IMG/VR virus record: IMGVR_UViG_2061766007_000148
Origin: an uncultured virus (IMG/VR IMGVR_UViG_2061766007_000148)
Lineage: Duplodnaviria; Heunggongvirae; Uroviricota; Caudoviricetes
Strand: one strand, 5' to 3'
DNA: 35,199 bases
Shown: piece after piece, positions 18,341 to 27,806 of the stretch
Numbering within the stretch: position 1 is the first letter of the stretch
Layout: each line of letters begins with the position of its first letter
Position numbers and translations under genes: made by a program
The notes under the pieces: generated by a model
The model's input: only the letters and a program-made list of their open reading frames with translations
Told to the model about the DNA's origin: nothing
The model's database searches: none

Positions 18341-18538
18341 TATATAATTTTGTATAACTTTGAGAACCTTACAGATCGGGGAAATGCGTTTTACTTAAAA
18401 AGGATAAGATAGAATATGTAATCGGTCAATAAATTTCTAATCATGACATGATCTCAGAACTGCTTATGAGATTTATTGATCCAAACATGTTAGTTCTCAT
18501 AAATATAGGCAGAGTAATTTTTGATTTTCATAGAAACA

Positions 18539-18581
18539 AAACCCCGAAGATATTTTCATTACCTTTGTATCTTCGGGGTTT
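18539..18581. terminator. 14-bp perfect stem-loop after the leftward basic-gene operon
   Basis: AAACCCCGAAGATA / TATCTTCGGGGTTT. Confidence 0.5.
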
Positions 18582-18614
18582 GTTGCTGACAGATAATATC
18601 ACTTTTAATGTATT

Positions 18615-18785
18615 TTAAAAAGAAGATTTTCTATTAGGTTTTGTTTTTCGGGTCGATTTTGATTTATGCCCGATTCTTTTTACCATTTTTGCATGTGCTT
18701 TGGCTCTTTTCAAATCTTTCTTAAATTCAGAACTCATTTCTATATAAGGAATTATGATTTTCCGCTTTCTCTTAGCAGGCATCAT
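18615..18785 (-). CDS. 56-aa very basic protein (MMPAKRKRK...KSTRKTKPNRKSSF)
   Basis: AGGAG RBS; abuts the upstream stop; not in the ORF track. Confidence 0.6.
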   Translation of the reverse strand: MMPAKRKRKIIIPYIEMSSEFKKDLKRAKAHAKMVKRIGHKSKSTRKTKPNRKSSF

Positions 18786-18908
18786 CTATCTCCTGAACTT
18801 TGTCTGAATCTGTGCGAGTGTGCTGAGCTTTGTATTCCTGAGCTTGGTCTTTGCCTTGAGAACGTCCGGGCTGTTTTCCGAGTTTGCATATTGAATGTAG
18901 CGTATCAT
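18786..18908 (-). CDS. 40-aa basic protein ending KFRR
   Basis: AGGAGG RBS; not in the ORF track. Confidence 0.6.
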   Translation of the reverse strand: MIRYIQYANSENSPDVLKAKTKLRNTKLSTLAQIQTKFRR

Positions 18909-18933
18909 GTTTTGTTCCTCCTATGGGTTTCAG

Positions 18934-19398
18934 TTATCTGCGGCGCTTTGCCGGGTAGGTGTGGATGGCTTTTTCTCTATCTGCAAGATAATCCAGATAT
19001 TTTTGTCTTTCCTGTTTATATGCGTAATTTGTATCCCACCTTTTTTCAATAATCCAATCATTGGCTTTAGGATTCTTATTATTCACATTCCTGAGAATAT
19101 AGGTATCAAGAATTCTGTTTCTTTCAATATTATCAGCTTCATGTTTTCTTGCATTATCTCGTGATTCTTTTAAGATTTTGTAAACTAATTTGCTTGGTAA
19201 CGTTTTTTTATCAACATTCCAACGAATAACTCCGTTAAAAAAAACAAATGCAAGTTCTTTGTAATCCCCATTCTCTCTTCGATTCATATCAGCATACATT
19301 ATTCCCGTGGGAAATACACCCATAAAAAGATCAATCGGTTTCTTGGATGCTTTCTTTGCGGATGTCTTTTTTGGTGTTGTTTTACGTGTTGTTGCCAT
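18934..19398 (-). CDS. Array protein, TLPSK family
   Basis: Start MATTRKTTPKK after GGGGG RBS; paralog of 19430 and 29616. Confidence 0.85.
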   Translation of the reverse strand: MATTRKTTPKKTSAKKASKKPIDLFMGVFPTGIMYADMNRRENGDYKELAFVFFNGVIRWNVDKKTLPSKLVYKILKESRDNARKHEADNIERNRILDTYILRNVNNKNPKANDWIIEKRWDTNYAYKQERQKYLDYLADREKAIHTYPAKRRR

Positions 19399-19429
19399 TT
19401 TTGTTTTCCCCCTGATAAGATATTGAGAT

Positions 19430-19906
19430 TTATTTCCTTTTGCGCATATTTGCGTATGAGTGAATTGCCTTTTCTCTTTTTGAAACGTAATCAAGATATC
19501 TTTGCCTATCTTTTTTATATTCGATATCTGCCCATGCCTGTTCATATTTTCTGCGGCTGTCCGCTTCTTCCGGTGTTAAGAATCCTTTATGTACATACCA
19601 ATCCATCTGAGATTTACGGGCATTATTTTCTGAAAGGTATCGTTCCTCCCTTTTTCTTACCATATCCCGTGATCTTTGTAATATTTTATATCTTATTTTA
19701 CTCGGTAAAGTATTTTCATCAACGTACCATAGAATATCCCCTTCGTTGTAAACCAATGCAAGTTTTTTGTAATCATTATGTTCTTCTCTGTTTTTGTCGC
19801 AATACATTATACCTGTCGGGAATACATATATGCCCAAGTCAATCGGTTTTTTGGATGCTTTCTTTGCGGATGTCTTTTTTGGTGTTGATTTACGTATTGT
19901 TGCCAT
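19430..19906 (-). CDS. Array protein, TLPSK family
   Basis: MATIRKSTPKKTSAKK...REKAIHSY. Confidence 0.85.
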   Translation of the reverse strand: MATIRKSTPKKTSAKKASKKPIDLGIYVFPTGIMYCDKNREEHNDYKKLALVYNEGDILWYVDENTLPSKIRYKILQRSRDMVRKREERYLSENNARKSQMDWYVHKGFLTPEEADSRRKYEQAWADIEYKKDRQRYLDYVSKREKAIHSYANMRKRK

Positions 19907-19952
19907 TTTCTTTTCTCCCTAAATTTTGTCAATATATTCTCAGTGTATAAAC

Positions 19953-20729
19953 CTATCCGAAGTAAGTTAAAATCCCGCGGATTCTCTTACGTTCTTTCCA
20001 ACCCCGCAAGTATTCAAGTGCATTTGAATCCATCGCTTTATTGAACATTTTCTCGTCAAGTTTAATCAGTTCAAAGTTGTTTCGTGTCAGTTGTCTTCTT
20101 CTCCTTTTTTTAATAGATTCACCAACCTTATAATAATCCCAATCCTCATTATAATTCTTTAATTCTTTATCCAATTCTTCCTGTGCTTCGCGTAATGTCG
20201 ATCCATATGCCCACCAAAACTCTGCTTTTTCTGCGGGTTTTTCTACATATGCGTATTTGAAGTTATATACAGGGCGTTCTTTGATATATCCGGGTTTGAT
20301 TGATGGCTCTTTTGGTTCGTATTTACTTATTCTCTCTATTTCAGTTAATATTTTTATATCATTATCTCTATTCGTTATACCTACTTTTTCAAATACCGAA
20401 TTGGGTATAAATTTCAATAATTTAATATAATCTGCCCTTGAACCCCCAATTCCTATATGTGGATAATTTTGGCGGAGATATAATGGGATAACTGTTTTTA
20501 AGCCATATTTCCCCGTAATATCCACTGCTTTATCTTTACTGGCATAATACACCGGTCTATAAAAGCTCAATCCATCCATTCCGATGGCAACAACTTTGTT
20601 CTTATACAGAATCATTGTCATTAAACCATTAGATGTACGAATTCCTTTAACGATTTCAAAATTTCCGTCTTTTATGACTCGATAATTGTTTTTATCATAT
20701 ATGTTGTTGGTTTTACGTGTAGTTGTCAT
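19953..20729 (-). CDS. Array protein, KDG family + HicB-like C-terminal motif
   Basis: VIKDGNFEIVKGI, LYKNKV, TGKYGLKTV; AYGSTLREA. Confidence 0.85.
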   Translation of the reverse strand: MTTTRKTNNIYDKNNYRVIKDGNFEIVKGIRTSNGLMTMILYKNKVVAIGMDGLSFYRPVYYASKDKAVDITGKYGLKTVIPLYLRQNYPHIGIGGSRADYIKLLKFIPNSVFEKVGITNRDNDIKILTEIERISKYEPKEPSIKPGYIKERPVYNFKYAYVEKPAEKAEFWWAYGSTLREAQEELDKELKNYNEDWDYYKVGESIKKRRRRQLTRNNFELIKLDEKMFNKAMDSNALEYLRGWKERKRIRGILTYFG

Positions 20730-20758
20730 TTTGTTTCCTCCTTAATATTTTCAAAGCC

Positions 20759-21250
20759 TTATTTTTTCAATCTCAGGTTTATTTTTTTGTAATTCTTTGA
20801 GTAGTTATTCCAATCATCTCCATATTTGTGTATGAAGGCATGATTACTTCTCATAATGCGTGATTGAGCAAGATCTCGTGGAATCAACCGTTCAAAAATA
20901 GATTCGGGTATCACATCAATAATCTCCGGGAGACATTTTGCAAAATGAAATTGCGGATATATTTTTCGGCTGTTTATAACCGATATCACAGTCTTAGGAC
21001 TGAATCTGTTTACGGCATATTCTCCAGATGCCCCATTCCGTGGTATGTATATCAATGTTCTAAAGTCATTTGCCCAAAAAATACACAGGACTTTATTCTT
21101 ATATGTGATTATGTCCATTTTATTTGGGTAATCTGGCTGACTTTTAAAAGGAACATTTTCCATTAATCCAAAATCTCCGTCTTTAAAAATTGGATAGTTG
21201 TATATACTGTTGCTGTTCTGTTTTGATGTTGATTTACGTGTTGTTGCCAT
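20759..21250 (-). CDS. Array protein, KDG family
   Basis: YPIFKDG, TYKNKV, RFSPKTV. Confidence 0.85.
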   Translation of the reverse strand: MATTRKSTSKQNSNSIYNYPIFKDGDFGLMENVPFKSQPDYPNKMDIITYKNKVLCIFWANDFRTLIYIPRNGASGEYAVNRFSPKTVISVINSRKIYPQFHFAKCLPEIIDVIPESIFERLIPRDLAQSRIMRSNHAFIHKYGDDWNNYSKNYKKINLRLKK

Positions 21251-21274
21251 TTTCTTTTCCCCCTTTAATTTAAT

Positions 21275-21817
21275 TTACCGTCGTAACGACGTTTTTCCAG
21301 ACCGTCTCCGTCTTGCACGATTGCGAATGGCTATTTTTTCTAATTCTTTATCAATTTCCGCTATAATAATCCCTGTGCGATCAGATGACGTAAATCCAAG
21401 GTATGGGATATTGGCATCTTTTATTTTCATATTGAGTGTTCGGGAAATTTCCTGTGCTTTATCCCCACCTTTCACAATAGCACTCAAATATTGTTTTTCA
21501 GTCACAGGGATTAACTGAACTTTCTGTTTAGGAATATCTATTGGATTAATTTTTGACGTTAATCCTCTTGAGTAATAATCAACTCTTCCGTCATTTTTAG
21601 ATGCAAGACGGGAATACCATAATAATCTGTCTTTGCGAACAGTATTTTTATTTTTACCGGATGGGATTTCAATATAATCTATTACAGGTTCATATGGGGC
21701 GTAATGTCCGTAATACTTGTCATAGATTTCTGAACGATTTACTTTTTTCCTCATAGATGGGGTATATGCGATTACCCTTTGTGGTTTGTGCTTTTGTTTT
21801 GTTGATTTTGTGGTCAT
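21275..21817 (-). CDS. Array protein, SGKTSLRR family
   Basis: Paralog of 26812 and 31402. Confidence 0.85.
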   Translation of the reverse strand: MTTKSTKQKHKPQRVIAYTPSMRKKVNRSEIYDKYYGHYAPYEPVIDYIEIPSGKNKNTVRKDRLLWYSRLASKNDGRVDYYSRGLTSKINPIDIPKQKVQLIPVTEKQYLSAIVKGGDKAQEISRTLNMKIKDANIPYLGFTSSDRTGIIIAEIDKELEKIAIRNRARRRRSGKTSLRR

Positions 21818-21835
21818 TTTATCCTCCGATTCATA

Positions 21836-22279
21836 TTATTTCCTATATGAAATGCTATGGAGATACTTTTCCCAAGTCATGTCATTGTAATACTTGCCCA
21901 TAATCGATTTTTTAATTGATTCTCTTGAGATACCTAATGATTTTAATATTGAACTTGGGAACATTTCCACCAATTCGGGATCGTGATATCTGAGAGATAT
22001 ACCGGGATATCTGTTTGGACTATTTAGAAGTGCAAATACTTTGTTTAATCCGTATTTTCCCGATATGTCTACACTTGGATCATATGCTCCTTTGGAGTAT
22101 ATGGGCTTTGCAAGCAATCCGTTATGAGCAATGGCAAGCACTTTGTTTTTATACAAAATCAGAGTCACTGTTGACGGATAATCATAGTTTGTGGGTATTC
22201 CTTTGATTATTTCATAATATCCGTCTTTGATGACCGGATATTTTGTAACATCTTTTGTAGTTTTTCTTGTTGTCGGCAT
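21836..22279 (-). CDS. Array protein, KDG family
   Basis: YPVIKDGYYEII, LYKNKV, SGKYGLNKV. Confidence 0.85.
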   Translation of the reverse strand: MPTTRKTTKDVTKYPVIKDGYYEIIKGIPTNYDYPSTVTLILYKNKVLAIAHNGLLAKPIYSKGAYDPSVDISGKYGLNKVFALLNSPNRYPGISLRYHDPELVEMFPSSILKSLGISRESIKKSIMGKYYNDMTWEKYLHSISYRK

Positions 22280-22319
22280 TGTTTTCCCCCTTTTGATAAG
22301 TATGTTTTCTTAAAAGGAA

Positions 22320-22340
22320 TATTTAAAAATACATTATAAT
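22320..22340 (-). promoter_or_regulatory. ATTATAATGTAT + TATA (TTTAAATA), leftward array promoter
   Basis: Conserved 12-mer at the operon head. Confidence 0.75.
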
Positions 22341-22380
22341 GCGACATTCCGCCATTTTTATGGGATTTGTGCCGTCAATC

Positions 22381-22406
22381 CCCGAATTATAATGTATTTT
22401 TATATA
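22381..22406 (+). promoter_or_regulatory. ATTATAATGTAT + TATA (TTTATATA), rightward array promoter
   Basis: Divergent partner of 22320-22340. Confidence 0.75.
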
Positions 22407-22510
22407 TTGTTTCAAACAAATCACAAAACAGTAATTTATCCGCAAGTTCAGCTACACACGATTTGCCGGGGATGATTTACGTATTTGAATCCAAAGAAGG
22501 GGGATTAAAA

Positions 22511-22942
22511 ATGCCATCAAGCACAAAGAAATCAACTAAAAAAACAACAAAAAACAAAAATTATCAGAATTATAATCATGCCAATTACAGAGACGAGGTA
22601 TATGAGATAATTACGGGTAAAAGATCTGAAATTCCCGCTGGCAAGAAATTGTATCTGGCATATGCTAACGCTGATTCTAAACCAGCCCTTCCTTTATGGG
22701 AGGGGGGTTACCCATTAACTCACTTTACGACTAATCGGCGAGAACTTATCTTTGAGAGACATGGAAGTACAGGAGCAGGTCGTAATTTTTACTTAGCTTT
22801 ACGTGCTCCCGACAGAATGCCGCGAATATATATCACATCAATGCCGATGAAAAAATTTGCTCGTAAATTTGATCAAGACAATATCAGATCGGAGATACGT
22901 CACAAGAGAGTAACTAAAGGTAAAAAATCGTATAGATCATAA
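22511..22942 (+). CDS. Array protein, RHKRVT family (chimeric N-terminus)
   Basis: GGGGG RBS; C-terminal RHKRVTKGKKSYRS. Confidence 0.85.
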   Translation: MPSSTKKSTKKTTKNKNYQNYNHANYRDEVYEIITGKRSEIPAGKKLYLAYANADSKPALPLWEGGYPLTHFTTNRRELIFERHGSTGAGRNFYLALRAPDRMPRIYITSMPMKKFARKFDQDNIRSEIRHKRVTKGKKSYRS

Positions 22943-22967
22943 ATTCAAAAAAAAGGGGGAAAACAAC

Positions 22968-23399
22968 ATGGTAACAACAAGAAAATCTACAAAAAAGAAC
23001 AGTAATCAGGTTTACAATCATCCGGTTTACAGAGACGGTGCTTATGAGATAATTACCGGTATTCACATCACATCTCCAAAAAATGAGTATCATACAAAGG
23101 GATTGCCTGTTTCATTTGTGACTTATAAAGGCAAAGTGATTGCAGTTATTACATATGGTTATTATACGCCCTTGTTGTGGTGGTTAGGTTATGTACCTGA
23201 CAAATTCTGTGAGGATCATCATATTTCTGAGGATGTATCTGGCAGATACAGCCCTAAAACAGTTATAAATATGTTAAATAATACAGATAAATTCCCATAT
23301 CTTGTATTTAGACCGGGATCTGATATGTATAATATATTACCCGCATCTGTTTTAATGAAATTGGGTTTTAGGAGAGGGATGTGGTCTCGCAAGAGATAA
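22968..23399 (+). CDS. Array protein, KDG family
   Basis: VYRDGAYEII, TYKGKV, SGRYSPKTV. Confidence 0.85.
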   Translation: MVTTRKSTKKNSNQVYNHPVYRDGAYEIITGIHITSPKNEYHTKGLPVSFVTYKGKVIAVITYGYYTPLLWWLGYVPDKFCEDHHISEDVSGRYSPKTVINMLNNTDKFPYLVFRPGSDMYNILPASVLMKLGFRRGMWSRKR

Positions 23400-23437
23400 A
23401 ACCATTATCATTATATATTCAGAAAAAGGGGGGAAAT

Positions 23438-23826
23438 ATGACAAATATAAGATTAAAATCACCTCAAACTGTAAAACCAACAAAATTATACGGGTATCCG
23501 TGTTTTAAATACGGGGATTGGAGAGTCATTCGTAAGATCCCTACATATTTCGGGGAACATCTCTCGATGGTCACGTATAAAAATAAATTTGCATATTTNN
23601 NNNNNNNNNNNNNNNNNNNNNNNNNNNNNNNNNNNNNNNNNNNNNNNNNAAAGATTATGATCTCGATATTGGATTCCGTGGGATTTATACACCTAAACAA
23701 GTTATCTCAATAATTCAAACTCCTATATCATGGAAGGATCGTTATTGGGTTATTTGGATGCTTGAGGGGTATTCTGGAATATACCCAAAAGAAGTAGAAG
23801 TGTTTTTGAATCGTGATAATATTTGA
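23438..23826 (+). CDS. Array protein, KDG family; spans an N gap
   Basis: YPCFKYGDW, TYKNK; after the gap GIYTPKQVISII...NRDNI*. Confidence 0.7.
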
Positions 23827-23844
23827 TTATTAGGGGGAAAAAAT

Positions 23845-24840
23845 ATGGCATCAAGAATAAAGGAAATTAGAAAAGAAAAGAGAAAACGTCGCAGAGAATT
23901 ATTCATCCGCAATCTTGTTGCGGATATTAAAGGTCTGCCGACAACACTTGATTTTAAGATAAGTAATGCAAAAACTGCCGTCAACAGATACCGGGTTAAA
24001 CGGCGTGTTGCTCAGATAGAGCGTAATCGTGCAAAACGAGAGGCTGAAGAACGGGCAAGAGCTTATGCACCTGATGATGTTGACGATTACGACGATGACT
24101 ATGAAGAAGATTTCGATGACGATTATGAAGAATATTCTCCGAAATCACGGGTAAGGTCATCCGGCAAGAGGACTCGCCCGGCATCGTCACGCAGCGGGTC
24201 GGGTGCCGTCGTTGCGAAGAAAGCGGCGGCGGTAATGGGTCAGTTCTTGAAGAATGCCGCGGCTAACATGGTCTCGGACGGCGAGTCAACAAAGTCCGTA
24301 AGATTCTGGGATGAGGGCAGACCTCCTTGGGAGACTCACCCCGAAGCCTACCAACCGAAAAGACAGACTCCGAGGAGGAGTCCGCCGAAATCGAGAGGTT
24401 TTGACTTCGGCGATGTCGGGTTTGGGGGTTTTGACAGTATGTCGATGCCGTCTTCAAAGCCGAAACGCAAATCCGTGAAATCATCTGCGTATTCGGACAT
24501 GTCGCGGTTGCCGTGGGATTCCCCGTCAGGTCGGGGTTCATCCCGGTCGCCCGCACCGCGGGAGGACTTCGGCGGCATGAGACGGTCGGGGTCGTCGATG
24601 CGTAAGAGCACGGATGATTTCATCAACGGATATCAGCTCAGCATTTCGCGTGACGGCACGGTTGGTTCAGCTTACAAGGGCGGCAGACACTACATTCCGT
24701 ATCACAAGGTGAAACGCGGTGAAAAAATCTATTGGATGCCGTGTATCAATCGCTATGAGCCTGCCGAAATCAGACCGTTGATTGCCCGCAAGGTCTTCAA
24801 GTGGGTATCCGAAGAACAGCATATGAACAGAGGGTATTAA
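23845..24840 (+). CDS. Array protein: basic/acidic/RS-rich low-complexity regions + YTPE-type domain
   Basis: MGQFLKNAAANMVSDG block shared with 25420; C-terminal INGY...RYEPAEI. Confidence 0.85.
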   Translation: MASRIKEIRKEKRKRRRELFIRNLVADIKGLPTTLDFKISNAKTAVNRYRVKRRVAQIERNRAKREAEERARAYAPDDVDDYDDDYEEDFDDDYEEYSPKSRVRSSGKRTRPASSRSGSGAVVAKKAAAVMGQFLKNAAANMVSDGESTKSVRFWDEGRPPWETHPEAYQPKRQTPRRSPPKSRGFDFGDVGFGGFDSMSMPSSKPKRKSVKSSAYSDMSRLPWDSPSGRGSSRSPAPREDFGGMRRSGSSMRKSTDDFINGYQLSISRDGTVGSAYKGGRHYIPYHKVKRGEKIYWMPCINRYEPAEIRPLIARKVFKWVSEEQHMNRGY

Positions 24841-24879
24841 CCCAAAATCAATTTATTTCAAAAATAGGGGGAAAAGAAA

Positions 24880-25398
24880 ATGGCAAAAAAGTATGAGTAT
24901 ATCACAACACAGTATAGAGAACCTAAGAAACAGGTACGCGCAAAACATGATCCTTTTATGACACACTCTGTCGGGAATCATATATATTATGCAAATATTG
25001 CCTCAAAAAAACCAATTCAGTGGTCATTTGGAACAATGTATTTTAAACATGGGGCACCAGCCGGGGATTTGGTAATACGCCCACGGGAAGAACGTCTTGC
25101 CATAGAGAGAGGTGCTATAAGTTCTGGTGAAAAGAGTTATGAAATTAAGCGTAAAAGCCAACCCCGTGCATACCATGTAAAAGGCATACCGGAATATGTT
25201 TCTTTGAGACAATATGTAGCACCTTATGATTATGCTACAAATATTCAGGAAAGAATCAAACTCAGTAAAAAAGAACCTCGTGTGATAATCTCCCCTGAAG
25301 AACTGGAATATAATCCGGTAGAGGCTATTAGATATAATCTTGCGAAAATTGCACGGCACAAGCGTGTTACCAGAGGTAAAAAGTCATTCAGGTCATAA
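24880..25398 (+). CDS. Array protein, RHKRVT family
   Basis: YYANIASKKP; ARHKRVTRGKKSFRS. Confidence 0.85.
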   Translation: MAKKYEYITTQYREPKKQVRAKHDPFMTHSVGNHIYYANIASKKPIQWSFGTMYFKHGAPAGDLVIRPREERLAIERGAISSGEKSYEIKRKSQPRAYHVKGIPEYVSLRQYVAPYDYATNIQERIKLSKKEPRVIISPEELEYNPVEAIRYNLAKIARHKRVTRGKKSFRS

Positions 25399-25419
25399 TT
25401 TCAAATAAGGGGGAAAATC

Positions 25420-25974
25420 ATGGTATCAACATCAACAAAAAAGAAGGTTGCGTCGGGTGCAAAGAAAGTCGGCGCATTTATGGGGCAGTTTTTGAAAAAT
25501 GCCGCGGCAAACATGGTCTCGGATGGCGGGACAACAAGGTCTGTGGGATTCTGGGATGAGGGCAGACCTCCTTGGGAGTTATATCCCGACCCCTATGAAT
25601 CCAAGCGGAAATCCGGTTCGGGCGGTTCAGGTGGTTCGAGAGGTTCAGGTTCATCGCGGTCGAAGAAATCTTCATCCTCGTCACGCGGCGGTTCGGGTTC
25701 AACGTCCCGCAAGAGTTCACGGGGCGGTTCCCGTGAAAGTTCACGCGGCGATGTCATTAACGGCTACGTCCTCGACCTTGCTGCGGACGGCACCGTAAAA
25801 TCAGCTTACAAGAATGGCAGAACCTACATTCCGTATGCTCTTTTCAGCTACACGGACGGCGATTATTGGGAGTCCTGTATCAGGGAATACACGCCCGATG
25901 AAATCCGGGAGTTCATCCGGCAAAAGGCGTTTAGATGGGTCGATGAAGAAAAGCACAACGGAAGGAGGGGATAA
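25420..25974 (+). CDS. Array protein: SRG-rich linker + YTPE domain
   Basis: Paralog of 23845. Confidence 0.85.
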   Translation: MVSTSTKKKVASGAKKVGAFMGQFLKNAAANMVSDGGTTRSVGFWDEGRPPWELYPDPYESKRKSGSGGSGGSRGSGSSRSKKSSSSSRGGSGSTSRKSSRGGSRESSRGDVINGYVLDLAADGTVKSAYKNGRTYIPYALFSYTDGDYWESCIREYTPDEIREFIRQKAFRWVDEEKHNGRRG

Positions 25975-25976
25975 TT

Positions 25977-26393
25977 ATGGCGGCAAAGAAAAATACATCA
26001 TTATTAGGTCGTGGTATTGCAAATAACAAATCAACACGCAAAAATTCAGATATATCGACAGGGAGTAATATCCAGTATAAAACAATGAATGGGTATCTTC
26101 TCGTAATTGCTCCAAGCGGCAGAGTGGGTGTTGCTTTTAAAAATGGTAAAATGTATATTCCGCATATAAAGTGTAGAAATGATATTGGGGTATTTTGGGC
26201 AACCTGTCATGAATCCTACACCCCGGATGAGATAAAAGATTTAATTCGTAATAAATCCTTTAGGTGGATAGAGTACGATAAAGCATATAGTAGTTATGGA
26301 GATGCTATAAGAGATGGACGTAAACATATCCCGTGGGCAAATTCTCATTCACTATATAAGGGTACGTTCGGGGGATCGTCGTTGAGACGTTAA
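25977..26393 (+). CDS. Array protein, YTPE domain
   Basis: NGYLL..GRV..KNGKMYIP..SYTPDEI; ends SSLRR. Confidence 0.85.
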   Translation: MAAKKNTSLLGRGIANNKSTRKNSDISTGSNIQYKTMNGYLLVIAPSGRVGVAFKNGKMYIPHIKCRNDIGVFWATCHESYTPDEIKDLIRNKSFRWIEYDKAYSSYGDAIRDGRKHIPWANSHSLYKGTFGGSSLRR

Positions 26394-26420
26394 TTCAAAT
26401 AAATCTAAGGGGGAAACACT

Positions 26421-26810
26421 ATGGTTATTAATTCAAATATACAGTCTGAAATTTATAAATTCTCAAATGGGGATTCTTATGAAATAATTCCTCGTGTTTA
26501 TATGCCGAATACTGGTATGTATTATACACTTATTTCAAAAAATAATAGAGTAGTGCTCGCTTGGAGTCCGGGAGACGGATTTCATGACGGGCTTTATCCG
26601 AGAGGATTTTACATCCCATCTAAAGTGGTGTATTATCCTGCGGGCAAATTTGTTGGGCAATTCAGCAGAGGTCTTGCACCGTCTACATTAATGTCTCGTA
26701 TGGCAAATAATTCAAAAAAAGAGACAATATTTATGAGTTATCTTTTCGCTGAAGATCGTGCAAGAAAGATATTACCAAAAAAGATATATGAAATATTTAT
26801 GAGGTGGTAA
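26421..26810 (+). CDS. Array protein, divergent KDG family
   Basis: GDSYEII, LISKNNRVV; GGGGG RBS. Confidence 0.8.
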   Translation: MVINSNIQSEIYKFSNGDSYEIIPRVYMPNTGMYYTLISKNNRVVLAWSPGDGFHDGLYPRGFYIPSKVVYYPAGKFVGQFSRGLAPSTLMSRMANNSKKETIFMSYLFAEDRARKILPKKIYEIFMRW

Positions 26811-26811
26811 T

Positions 26812-27327
26812 ATGACAACAAAAAAAACATCTAAGAAAATAACATCTGCAATAAGTAGGCAAAGGGAATTAGTTACATATTCTCCGTCATTGATGTTAAG
26901 AGTTAATTATCTTTATGATGATTCTTATAAATATGACCGACAATTTGTTCCATTTGTAATAACGGATTCTGTATATAACATAAGAAATACACTACTGCGA
27001 TATGCATTACGTGGTATGTTATATACAAAAACAGGTCGTCCAGTTAAACCGGATGAGGTTGATAAGTATATACACAGTGTCTATTCAGTTTCAATACCAA
27101 CCAATATTAGAAAACGTGCTTATAATAAGGGAAATACTTATGCATTTGAAAGGTTCTCAAATATTATCGCGAAAGAGACCTTAGATTCCAAAGATGTCGA
27201 TGAATTATATCGTAATCTAAAATTTGAAGAAATTGCTAAAGAGTTTGGAAAGGTTGCTCAGAAATCACATGCAAGAAAAAGACGCTCTGCGGGATTACAA
27301 TCATGGTCAAGGAGATATACATCATGA
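26812..27327 (+). CDS. Array protein, SGKTSLRR family
   Basis: MTTKKTSKK, TYSPSL, VPFVI, ARKRRSAG. Confidence 0.85.
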   Translation: MTTKKTSKKITSAISRQRELVTYSPSLMLRVNYLYDDSYKYDRQFVPFVITDSVYNIRNTLLRYALRGMLYTKTGRPVKPDEVDKYIHSVYSVSIPTNIRKRAYNKGNTYAFERFSNIIAKETLDSKDVDELYRNLKFEEIAKEFGKVAQKSHARKRRSAGLQSWSRRYTS

Positions 27328-27599
27328 ATACCAATAAAACAGGCATCGGCACGGTCGGTCGCATCGTGCCGCAGAAAAACGGGATGAGTTATATCATCGG
27401 ATATAATGAGAGAGTTATCGGCGCCATAAAATCCGATAATCCGACAGAGCAGTATGTTCTGGAGTATTACAACACGAAAAAAGACTCTTGGATAAAACCG
27501 TGGATGATGCCCAAGAATCATACAATTCAGGCAATCGAGAAAATGCTCAAAGAGGGCACGGCAAGGTTCACGGAATACAAAGGCTGTCTCGGTAATTAA
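27324..27599 (+). CDS. Array protein, possibly divergent YTPE domain
   Basis: ATGA overlap, AGGAG RBS. Confidence 0.75.
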   Translation: MNTNKTGIGTVGRIVPQKNGMSYIIGYNERVIGAIKSDNPTEQYVLEYYNTKKDSWIKPWMMPKNHTIQAIEKMLKEGTARFTEYKGCLGN

Positions 27600-27627
27600 A
27601 ACACGTTCGCAACCTTGGAACCGGAGA

Positions 27628-27667
27628 TTATCGGGGGAATCTGCCGATAAACCCAAATCATTTTTTT
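27628..27667 (+). terminator. Hairpin followed by T-tract
   Basis: TTATCGG/CCGATAA stem, then a T7 run just before the next promoter. Confidence 0.55.
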
Positions 27668-27680
27668 AAACACCTCTTCT

Positions 27681-27705
27681 CCGTTATTATAATGTATTTA
27701 TAAAT
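27681..27705 (+). promoter_or_regulatory. ATTATAATGTAT + TATA (TTTATAAA)
   Basis: Conserved 12-mer. Confidence 0.75.
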
Positions 27706-27806
27706 ATACGCACGCATCAACTCTTATATCGATAGTTCTGGTTGAAACTCACTGAATACATAGTTTCAAGCGAATTATATTGTTCAAATCCATTAAGGGG
27801 GAAAAT

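Noticed and set aside
22346..22368. TTCCGCCATTTTTATGGGATT resembles the degenerate third CRISPR repeat
   Set aside because: It needs several indels and the CCCC/GGGG stem is broken; likely chance.
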